A stretch of DNA of 59,846 nt, the filler included. It is 4 parts of 4 records of this genome, joined end to end, with 100 filler letters (N's around TTAATTAATTAA, not from the genome) between each part and the next. Parts side by side here need not be neighbours in the genome. Positions count along the whole stretch, not along the records: positions 16,603 to 42,420 come from SRR31147125_14462; 3 more parts are not named here. One strand, 5' to 3'. The notes beneath the pieces were generated by a model. It made no database searches. It saw only the letters and a list, made by a program, of their open reading frames with translations, and had not been told where the DNA came from. The position numbers and the translations under genes are program-made. Below, one piece after another: positions 22,137 through 31,500 of this stretch. The stretch's first letter is position 1. The number at the start of each line of letters is the position of its first letter.

Positions 22137-23450
22137 TCAAGTTGTCATATTTTGAAATTTTTTACCAGCATATCGGGCAGCATAAATCCATACAGAAACA
22201 ATCGCGATTGTAATAAGAGAAAGCCATCTTTTGCTGGAGAAATCTGAAAAATAGCTTGTAATTCCAAGGCTCACACCAATAGCCAGTACCTTTGCAAATC
22301 GTTGTACAAACATATCTATGAATGCCTTTGCTTTGTATTTTTCATCCTTACTTGTCGGCACATATAAAGCTTCCTTTGCCGATTGGTTAATTCCATAGCT
22401 GAATCCACTGTCAACTGTATTTAAAAGACTCCCCGCCCATAATATTGGCACAGCTAAAAATCCTGCTGAACCGAGAACAATTGCGATAGGAAGAACCAAC
22501 AAAGCTGTTTTAATCCCCAATCGGGTCATTATAAAACTTGTGAGAAAAATCTGCACGAACATAGAGGTGATATTGCTAATCGCGTAAACAGTTGCAAACT
22601 GTTTGCCAATATCGGGTCCATCTAAGAAATAGGATACTGTTGCTTTAAACTGAAAATCCAAAATTTGTGATGTTATTTCATATAGCCCAACAATGGCAAC
22701 AATGGAAAGTAAATATCGTGATTTAAAAACTAATTTTGCGCCCTCAAGCGCAGGATTTCCTTTTTGTTCAGAAGCTATTTCTTCTTTCGGTTTAATTTGC
22801 TCTGGTGGTGGATTTTGTTCCACGATCTTACCCGCAGCCACAGCGATAATAAAAATTGCCATTCCAATGAAGAAACATATCCATAACCAGGCTGAATTGG
22901 TAAAGTAAGTGATCATTCCACGGAAGAAAGTAGCACCAATTGCTCCACCCATAACACCACCCAAAACGATTAATCCATACAAACGCTTTGCCCCATCCGG
23001 CGTGACACTGTCATTCAGGAAAGCAAAAAAAGTAGCGACCATGAGGGTAGTGAAGAGATCTCCAAACAAATAAAAAGTCCAAATAGTGAGATCATTAGGA
23101 TTGTTGATAACAAAAGTATACACCACATAGCAAACCATAAAGAATCCGGTAAAAATAAAAGTCAGCTGCTGGCGGCGAAATTTTCTCACAAGCAAAGTAA
23201 ACACAACTACCCCGATAAAGGCGACAAACATATTCAGCACCTTTGCAAGGAGCTCAGCTTGTGCGGCATCCATATGCCATGAAAATAGATTAAATCCGAT
23301 TTGATCATAATATTCGATGAAAAGTTTCGATTTTAAGGGTTTTAGTACCCAAAAGCTTGTGATAACGAGAAAGAAATACCCAAACATCAACAACGAGAGT
23401 GGTAACTCCTCTCGTTTGATATTCATGATTGCTTTTAATGGATTTGCCAT
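22137..23450 (-). CDS. NTT/TLC-family (ATP/ADP translocase-like) carrier, intact
   Basis: About 12 TM; LKPLK, FFAFLND, AKRLYGLI, DFQFK, NQSAKEALYVP, KYKAKAFIDMFVQRFAK. Confidence 0.9.
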   Translation of the reverse strand: MANPLKAIMNIKREELPLSLLMFGYFFLVITSFWVLKPLKSKLFIEYYDQIGFNLFSWHMDAAQAELLAKVLNMFVAFIGVVVFTLLVRKFRRQQLTFIFTGFFMVCYVVYTFVINNPNDLTIWTFYLFGDLFTTLMVATFFAFLNDSVTPDGAKRLYGLIVLGGVMGGAIGATFFRGMITYFTNSAWLWICFFIGMAIFIIAVAAGKIVEQNPPPEQIKPKEEIASEQKGNPALEGAKLVFKSRYLLSIVAIVGLYEITSQILDFQFKATVSYFLDGPDIGKQFATVYAISNITSMFVQIFLTSFIMTRLGIKTALLVLPIAIVLGSAGFLAVPILWAGSLLNTVDSGFSYGINQSAKEALYVPTSKDEKYKAKAFIDMFVQRFAKVLAIGVSLGITSYFSDFSSKRWLSLITIAIVSVWIYAARYAGKKFQNMTT

Positions 23451-23609
23451 AACGTTTTCCAGTTATAATTTGATTTTTAAGACGAAAGCGAAAAAGGTCG
23501 CTTTTAAGAGTCTAGGATTTTAGATGCCTTGTGCAGAGCCCAAAATTGAGTAATTTTTATTAAATTAAAAATGTCAACATAAAATAAAAAATGTTACCGA
23601 ACGGAACCT

Positions 23610-23720
23610 TTATAGTTGCCAGAAAATAAGAGCCAGAAATCCAGTGAAAAAGATTGTAATGATACTATAAAACTGACGTCGTGGAAACCGACTTGTCAGG
23701 TAACTGTACAAGGGTACGGC
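23610..23720 (-). pseudogene. N-terminal (TM2-TM3) remnant of an NTT-family carrier, not in the ORF track
   Basis: Minus strand translates AVPLYSYLTSRFPRRQFYSIITIFFTGFLALIFWQL*, resembling VVFTLLVRKFRRQQLTFIFTGFF of the intact NTT. Confidence 0.6.
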
Positions 23721-23978
23721 TTCTATTCTCCTCAAAGGTGCTATTGTGTTTACTTTGTCACTAAAATAATAATTTAATAGGATTTTGCAATGGTTAATAT
23801 TGTTTTTTTTAATGGTTGCATCTATTATGATAATATTGTATTGAGCACCACGTCTTCAAGTGGCTTTTAATGATCTTTTAAAAGTCTATTTTTCATTATT
23901 CGTATACAACTGATGAAAAAGAAAGGGTTACGAGTCTTTCCAATTTAAAATCAGGAAATCCCAAAGATTCCTTATTCG

Positions 23979-25190
23979 CTATGGGATTTTAGGTATTTTA
24001 ATTTCATAGACCAGGTTGGTCTTCTTGCTTTCCTGATCTGGAATATTTATAATATCAACAAGTATCTCTTCTTTCTTTACATTCACTTGACAGTAATGGT
24101 ATATTTTTTCCCGACGAAGGTGCCTGACGTCTAAATTTTCTTTTCGGAAATTTTCAGTATACTGTGCGATGGTGCTCTCATCCACAAGATCTCTTACCGG
24201 TACACCTCCTCCACCACTAATAATAATGTGAATCTCTGATTGTTGATCCCTGTTTTGTAAAATATTATGTTCATAATAATGTTCATGTCCTGAAAAAACA
24301 AGCTGAATATTATATTTAAAAAAGAGCTCGATCAGAGCTTTTCGTTTTTGTAATAAATTTTTACCATAGCTTGTATTAAGCCAATCGCTATGATGTTTTC
24401 CAAATGAGACAATGGGATGATGCATGATCAGGATTTTAAATGGTTGATTGTGGGATCCAAGCTCTTTTTCCAGCCATGAGTCCTCGCTGCCTGTAAACCA
24501 TTTTTCAAAAAGCTTATCCTGTTCCGAATCATCAATGTCCTGGTATTGGTCAATGATTATATCAGAATCCACAACAAAAATAGACACATCAGGGAAATCT
24601 AATACATAAAACGGGGGATAGTCAAAGATTGCCTGAAAATTAGGTGATCCATAATTCGGATCATTGGCATGCTCATGATTGCCTATGACAGGAAGATAGG
24701 GTGATTTTAACACCAATGGCTTTTCGTGCTTATTAATCTTTAAAAATGAAGCCCAATGAGACGGATAACGTCCGTCTGTTGGCATATCTCCTATGTTCAT
24801 CAAAAAATCAATTTTGTCCTGCATGACTTTATAATAAAGAGCATCCCGAACACGTCTCTGCTCTTTAAAACCATAGTCCGGTACGGATCTTAAATAATTA
24901 ACTGCCCCAACAAGACCATTGCCCAAAAGATAAACCTGATAAAAAGGAAAGATCACCATTTTCCAGTTGAGCCAATTGTTTTTTCTTAAAAACGTTTCCT
25001 GCAGACGGTAACCGGTTCTGTTATCTCCATAGATAATGAAATTGGGATTGCTTTTAAATGGCTCATCAGCACGTAATGTGGGGATTTTATAAAAGTCCGG
25101 GGCATAATGATCGGGGATGTAACCATGTCGCGCGCAATTGATTGTGATCGTAATAAAAAGAATGGTCTGAATAGCTAAAAGTTTCTTCAA
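23979..25190 (-). CDS. Calcineurin-like / purple-acid-phosphatase-type metallophosphoesterase, probable lipoprotein
   Basis: YGDNR, NIGDM, VIGNHE, MHHP, SGHEHYYE metal motifs; signal MKKLLAIQTILFITITINC. Confidence 0.9.
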   Translation of the reverse strand: MKKLLAIQTILFITITINCARHGYIPDHYAPDFYKIPTLRADEPFKSNPNFIIYGDNRTGYRLQETFLRKNNWLNWKMVIFPFYQVYLLGNGLVGAVNYLRSVPDYGFKEQRRVRDALYYKVMQDKIDFLMNIGDMPTDGRYPSHWASFLKINKHEKPLVLKSPYLPVIGNHEHANDPNYGSPNFQAIFDYPPFYVLDFPDVSIFVVDSDIIIDQYQDIDDSEQDKLFEKWFTGSEDSWLEKELGSHNQPFKILIMHHPIVSFGKHHSDWLNTSYGKNLLQKRKALIELFFKYNIQLVFSGHEHYYEHNILQNRDQQSEIHIIISGGGGVPVRDLVDESTIAQYTENFRKENLDVRHLRREKIYHYCQVNVKKEEILVDIINIPDQESKKTNLVYEIKIPKIP

Positions 25191-25317
25191 TCTATTGTAT
25201 GCCTCAACATTACTTTATATTCTTTAGTGGTGAAGATAAAATGGATGTGAGCTTTTATCCATTTCCCTCCAAATTTTAACATGTTAATATCGTCTTTTGT
25301 TACTTATTTTTTTATAA

Positions 25318-27060
25318 CTAATCTTCTCTTTTCAAGCCGATTATTTTAAGACTGGTGTTAAAAGTCTCTGATTGAAGGTAAATTTTTACTGGTTTACTCC
25401 AATTCGTGTTCGTATTTCTTTTCATTTCAAAAGAAAATTCAAGTTGCTTTTGTGATGAAGTGTTTATTGACAATAAATTAGAAAGATCTGATTTGTCTGG
25501 CAGAACGGGGATACACGTTTTGTTTTCGATATTTTTAAAAGGTTGTATGGTTTTATCATCAGGTAAAAGTCTGATTTGGTATCGATACTCAGCATAGTTT
25601 TCTGTCTTTAGACCGGTTTTGACAGCCATATCTTCAAAACAGATTTGTTGCCCGCCCATATGGTTCTGTTGTAATTTAAAATTATCCAGGCAATTGACAT
25701 GAGTGAAAAAGAGGTGGCCAATTTTATCCCGTCTCTCAATGATGGTTTCTAATAGATATGCCTTTGCATCTGCTGAAGAATATTGTCCCTGTTCTACGGC
25801 TGTTTTTAATTGTTCGTCTGTAAAGGACATAACAATTTTGGCAGCCCAGTAACCATCCAGCCAGGTCATATTGTCAAAAGCAGGATTCGGGGCCTGAGGT
25901 TTGTAATCCAATGGATTAAACAACCTGGATTCAAATAATCCTATTGATGGATACTTGACACCATCCTGCTTTTCCCATGGCCTGACATACAAGCCCTGGG
26001 TAAGGACATTGGATGCGATAATGGTCGGATCAAAATCATATTGGTAGCCACGCCATAAATGGTTTGGGCTATGTGATGCACTTCCCAATGTGGCTCCAAA
26101 GTCTATTAAATAATGTTTTACGTAACTTTTGCCATTTTCTGTGATATACATATCCAATGTGTTATTGTCTTTTGTGTCAAAATGATTTAACCAGGCGGCA
26201 ATAATTCGCAACCCTCTTAATTCGCGGCGGTGGTGGTGCGGGATAATGTCATTAAAATCATCCTTGCGGACTCCATCATATTTAAAAGGTCCAATTGGAA
26301 CCCCTGATAAATATTTGCTTGCAAGAGCACGTACAAGACCATTTGGACCAATTTCAACCCTTTTCAGGATGTTTTCTTTGTCCTGTTCAGTCATAAACCG
26401 TTTGCGTCCCTTTTCATCGGTAAATTTGACTTTTTCACCCATTTTTAAAATCCTGGGATCAAAATAGACGATGTAATTTTCCGGGACGTTAAATCCAGCC
26501 GCGTAAAATAATTTTGTAGAGACAACTTCCGCACCGGATGCAAGTTCTGCATAGCCTGGTGGATCAAATTTGATGACATAATGACCCCCTTTAGCATCTT
26601 TAATATTAAAGCCTGGAGTGACGCCCTCTGCTTTGGCACGTGTAATTATCCAGGTGCTGCTTGTGTCCGGCCCGGTTCCTGTATTAGGTCCTTTAGCAAT
26701 ATTTTCAAGAGAGAGTTGTTTTTCGTTACGGTTTGTATACCAGGCAGAATTATCCACGCCATCAAAAGCGTTTACGTTTTTGGCCTGTTTGCGATTTCCA
26801 GAAAGATTACGGAACTGTCTGGATAAATCAAGAGTCTCCCGTAATGGTAATATGACCTGCTTTTGAAAGTATTCTCCATAGACATTAATATCTCGTTCCT
26901 TTGGGGGCGCCACATGGTATCGATCATCCGGAACAGGATCCGGTGCTTTGAATAATTTTGTACTGCTACTGCAGCCCATCACCACAATGAGCAAGGATAA
27001 AAGAAAATAAACTGGAAACATTTTTTTGTTTATATCATTATTGTTTTGTGTCATCATCAT
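25318..27060 (-). CDS. Exported lipoprotein with a HipA/PI3-4K-like atypical kinase fold
   Basis: Lipobox VMG-C; KAEGVTPGF, YVIKFD, AEVVSTKLFYAAGFNVP, WLNHFDTKDNN, YLIDFG in kinase order. Confidence 0.7.
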   Translation of the reverse strand: MMMTQNNNDINKKMFPVYFLLSLLIVVMGCSSSTKLFKAPDPVPDDRYHVAPPKERDINVYGEYFQKQVILPLRETLDLSRQFRNLSGNRKQAKNVNAFDGVDNSAWYTNRNEKQLSLENIAKGPNTGTGPDTSSTWIITRAKAEGVTPGFNIKDAKGGHYVIKFDPPGYAELASGAEVVSTKLFYAAGFNVPENYIVYFDPRILKMGEKVKFTDEKGRKRFMTEQDKENILKRVEIGPNGLVRALASKYLSGVPIGPFKYDGVRKDDFNDIIPHHHRRELRGLRIIAAWLNHFDTKDNNTLDMYITENGKSYVKHYLIDFGATLGSASHSPNHLWRGYQYDFDPTIIASNVLTQGLYVRPWEKQDGVKYPSIGLFESRLFNPLDYKPQAPNPAFDNMTWLDGYWAAKIVMSFTDEQLKTAVEQGQYSSADAKAYLLETIIERRDKIGHLFFTHVNCLDNFKLQQNHMGGQQICFEDMAVKTGLKTENYAEYRYQIRLLPDDKTIQPFKNIENKTCIPVLPDKSDLSNLLSINTSSQKQLEFSFEMKRNTNTNWSKPVKIYLQSETFNTSLKIIGLKRED

Positions 27061-27094
27061 TTGGCAAACCTATCACAATAATAAAGAGAATCTA

Positions 27095-28411
27095 TTAATT
27101 TAAAGAAAGGTACAGACGATACCCATCTTTGCTTTTACCAAGTTGTATGCTGGCTATAAGACCACGGCTATTCCAGATACGGACGCCTCCACCAAATGTC
27201 ACCTGAATATCATCTAAAGAATTGAATATATCATGAGAAACTTGTCCGGCATCAACAAACAACATTCCATTAAGCATTCTGGTTAATGGATAGCGGTATT
27301 CCAGCGAGCCGAGTAAATAATCCTGATCCCGGTATCGACCTCTTTTAAATCCCCGGATGGAATTCCATTGCCCCAGTTCACTCAGATAGAAGAAGGGAAC
27401 GTTGTGATCCTTAAAGGGTTCTGTTATCTCTGAAGCAATTCTAAAAACGAGGACACGGTTGTAAAATAAGTTCATATAGCGGCTCACATCTGCAGAGAAT
27501 TTCCAAAACCCGAATTGTGTGTCTCGAACCTGTTGAAAAAAACCGCCACTGATTAAATACTCTCCACCGGAGGTCGGATTGCCAGGGTTATTTTTTGTAT
27601 CATGAGCCAATTGCAGCTGAGTAGAAAATAGTTTGATTTTAGTGCCGAGTCCTGGAAGAGAACCTGGTTGATAATATTTATATATTGCATACTCTATATC
27701 ATCTTTGCCATCAAAAATATTATTAATATCGTAATCCATCAATACATTTAGATCTGTCTTGTCACTAAAACGGTATCCAAAAGAAGCGTGTATATTTCCT
27801 TTTTCGTGTGAATATTCGGTTCTGCCAGATTTTTCGGTGTTTGGTCCAATACCAAAGAAAGCTTCAGCTGATAAAAGTTGATAGCCAACCCGAAAATCGG
27901 ATTGTACAGAGTTGTTAAATAAACGAACACGTTGGAATTTTAATTCATAACGTTGTCGTTGATGTGCCCCCATGGTTGTTGTTAAGGAGAGTTTGGATTC
28001 CGGATTTAAAAGTCCTCGTTGCACCAATTGTACTCCAGCTCCGGTACGGGATTCATAAGTTGGTAATAAACTCCTGCGTCCATCATCAGAATTCAGGTAA
28101 TCATAAACACGAGCGGTAATTTTGGTTTCGTTCGTAAAGATAATAATATTTTTTGTTGTTTCGGTGATCAGCATAATGGGTAGATAGACGAGATCTCCCG
28201 GAAAGGAAACCATTTTTTCAAAAGCTGATTTACTTTTGTAATTTTTTCGTAGCTCTTTGGCGGTTTCTTGATCTCTTTTTTCATTTTTTTCATCCTGGGC
28301 ATGTATTTGTTGAAATGAATCCAATGAGAAAATGATTATAAAAAGGAATACCCACAGGGCCATGACATTGTTGGGTAATATTTTAACAAAATAGTGCACA
28401 TTTACCTCCAA
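27095..28411 (-). CDS. Omp85 (BamA/TamA superfamily) beta-barrel without evident POTRA domains
   Basis: Signal peptide, amphipathic strands, HDTKNNPGNPTSG, FYLSELG..SIRGFKRGRYRD loop-6 motif, LEYRYPL, LFVDAGQV, FGGGVR. Confidence 0.82.
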   Translation of the reverse strand: MEVNVHYFVKILPNNVMALWVFLFIIIFSLDSFQQIHAQDEKNEKRDQETAKELRKNYKSKSAFEKMVSFPGDLVYLPIMLITETTKNIIIFTNETKITARVYDYLNSDDGRRSLLPTYESRTGAGVQLVQRGLLNPESKLSLTTTMGAHQRQRYELKFQRVRLFNNSVQSDFRVGYQLLSAEAFFGIGPNTEKSGRTEYSHEKGNIHASFGYRFSDKTDLNVLMDYDINNIFDGKDDIEYAIYKYYQPGSLPGLGTKIKLFSTQLQLAHDTKNNPGNPTSGGEYLISGGFFQQVRDTQFGFWKFSADVSRYMNLFYNRVLVFRIASEITEPFKDHNVPFFYLSELGQWNSIRGFKRGRYRDQDYLLGSLEYRYPLTRMLNGMLFVDAGQVSHDIFNSLDDIQVTFGGGVRIWNSRGLIASIQLGKSKDGYRLYLSLN

Positions 28412-28564
28412 TGAATATACAAAGCAAAGCAGAATTTTATACCTCTGAGAAAAGCAAGATGTGTAACAAAATCCTTTAACGAATAAAAATAAGCTTTTAA
28501 TCCACTTAACATAATAAAAATGTTTGAAATTGCCAAGTTTCTCGATTCATATCAGACTGTTTAG

Positions 28565-31500
28565 TTAAACAGGATTTTGTCTAATCGGCAAAATAATGGT
28601 GAGAGTTGTTCCTTTACCAACGATACTTTTGGCTTTTATTTCACCATTATGTTTTTTAATAATGTTAAAACTAATTGAAAGGCCAAGCCCTGTTCCGACG
28701 CCAACACCTTTGGTTGTAAAACCAGGATCAAATATTTTATTGAGATGTTCCTGTGGTATTCCGATTCCAGTGTCAGAGATGTCAATATATACATTATCAT
28801 CATCAGATGTGGTTGTAATTTCTAACTCACCTTTTTCTTTAATTGCATGTGCGGCATTAACAAAGATATTCAGAAATACCTGATTTAACTGGTTTGGGTA
28901 ACAGTTAATCTGAGGTATATCACCATACTTTTTAATGACATTTACTTTATTTTTCAACTCGTGGTGGACGAGGGTTAGCGTCGTGTCTAAACCCTCATGA
29001 ATGTCCGCTTTTTGAAATTCTGCTTCATCCAGGCGTGCAAATCGTCGTAATTTTCTGACAATATTGGTTACTCGTTCTGTCCCGGATTTTATCACCTCGT
29101 TTGCATCATCAATTATTTTAAGGGTTTGAAGTATATCTTGAGGATTTTTTTTGTCTCTGTTTTCGGTAGGCTTGATTTTAATTTAAATATGGCTCGCATA
29201 AGTGTATTGTGCATGCTATATACGGCCCCCAGGGGCGTATTGATCTCATGCGCCACACCCGCTACAAGATTACCCAGGGCAGCCATTTTTTCAGATTGAA
29301 CCAGCTGTGCTTGCGTTTCACGTAGTTCCTTATTCGTTGTCTCCAGATTCTGCAGAACATTTTTCATGTCAGTTATATCGTGCGCCACACCGATTCTTTC
29401 AATGATTTTTTTATTGTCATCCCTGATGTTCGTTGAATGGGTAATGATCCATCGCCATCCACCATCTTTTTGTTTTAGCCTGAATTCGCGTCCATGCAAA
29501 AAGCCTACATAGCGACTAGGGTCTGATTGTGGTGAGGCGAGCGTTTCAGCCTTGTCATCCGGATGTAACAATGGTTCAAAGGATTTTCCGAGAAATTCCT
29601 GTACATTATAACCCGTGTATTCATAAAATTGCGGTGATAAATAGGAAAATGTTCCATCCGGTTTCATGGAATAAATGATATCATGGGCGTTTTCCACCAG
29701 AGAACGAAATCGTTGTTCACTAAAACGTAATGCCTTGTCTGACTTTATTTTAGCAATATATCCACCCAGCATTTCTGCTGCTGTTTTTAACAGCTGAATA
29801 TCCTGGTCGCCCCATTCACGTTTAATTTTAATATCATCAAAACCAATAAATCCATACCATTTACTGTCAACCCACAAAGGAAGAATGAGCACGGATAATA
29901 TTCCCTCTGACTCTAAATAGACTCTCTCATTTTTAGGAAAATTTGAGGTTGGTCCTGATATGGCTTTTCCCTGAGAGAGATTTTTTGCCCAACGTTGATA
30001 CCCTTTCTTATAGGGTATATAGTGTGATTCATGAGATTTAATTTTAGACGTAAGATGTTGATCACACACTTCATAAGCCAGACGAGTACAGAGTCCTTCG
30101 GTCTGATCTTCAAAGTTTTCAAAAATGTAAACCCGACCTACAGTTGCCGCTTTTTTTAATTCCCTCAGGGCGGCCGGTATGGTTGTGTTGAAATCAACTC
30201 CCGTGAGTAAAGCTTGAATGCAATTTGCCAAACCCTCTTCATAGCGTAGCCGCGTCGCCAGTTTTTGCTCAGCTTCTATACGGTCTTTAATTTCTTCCCT
30301 CAAGGTATCATTTACCTGGACAATTTCAGCTGTTCGCTCCTGAACCCGGATTTCCAATTCATCGTGTGCTTTCTGGAGTGTTTCACGTGCCTGTTTTTGT
30401 TCTGTGATATCACGAACGATTGTCATGACCTCATTTTCACCACTCACGACGATACGAGCTTCAAAGTCGTGTATCTGTCCTTTATGAGGGAGTTGATACT
30501 CCAGAACCTGGGTTTCGTTTGTGGCAAGGGCTTTATTTATTGCTGTTTTCGCTTTTCGTGCAATATTGGGAGGTAATGTCTCATTAATATGTTTTCCAAT
30601 AACAGTTTCTTTTGGAACTTCCAAAGTACTCCACTTCGGAGCCTGATAATCCAGATAGATACCTTTTTTATTTATACGAAACATGAGATCCGGAATAGCG
30701 TTTAAAAGAGCTCTGTTTTTCGCTTCACTTTCCCTTAAGGCAATTTCTATCTGTTGTCGTTCAGCTATTTCATCCCTTAATGATTCGTTTAACGTGGCCA
30801 GTTCTGCTGTGCGTTCCTGAACCCGGATTTCCAATTCGTCGTGAGCTCGACGTAAGGCTTCTTCCGCTTTTTTGCGTTCTTCGATATCTCGTGCTATCCC
30901 AACATAGCACTGTAATAGTCCCTTGTCATTATATAATGAAAAAACAGAGAGATCGATATGTTTTTCTTCGTTTCCTTTATTATAGGCAATAGCCTCACCC
31001 CGATAACTGTCTCCTGTAGCGAGGGCTTTTTCAATTTCCTGACCAAAGACAGAATCCATAAATTGAGAAATAGGCTTCCCGATCATTTCTTTATCTGAAT
31101 AACCCGAAAATTCTCTGTGAGCTGGATTACGGTCCTTGAGCTGTCCCTTGTTGTCTAATATGAGTATGCCATCCTTGGAATTAAGAAAAACTTCCCTATA
31201 GAGGCGAAGTTTTTCTTCCGCCTCTTTGCGTTCTGTAATATCAATTCCTGTTGCAATAATATATTCAACCTGCCCGTTCTCATTAAACAGGGTCGAATTG
31301 GACCATGTTATTAAACGTCGGCTTCCATCATAGGCTGTCCAGTAATTTTCCGCCGTTCCCGGTGTCCGCCCAGCTTTTAATTTTGAAAAAACGCCTTTAA
31401 CAAATTCTATCTCTTCTGGTACTATAAATAAATCCCAAACCTTTTTACCTTTTACTTCATCAAATGTTTTACCTGTTATTTTTTCACAGGCTCTGTTATA

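Noticed and set aside
23580-23760. Possible riboswitch or ncRNA upstream of the NTT gene (locally higher GC)
   Set aside because: No recognisable riboswitch consensus; better explained as a decayed NTT coding fragment
18314-27060. Anti-phage system (Pycsar/CBASS-like or HipA toxin-antitoxin)
   Set aside because: No cyclase, HipB-type HTH or effector is seen; the kinase and phosphoesterase carry export signals
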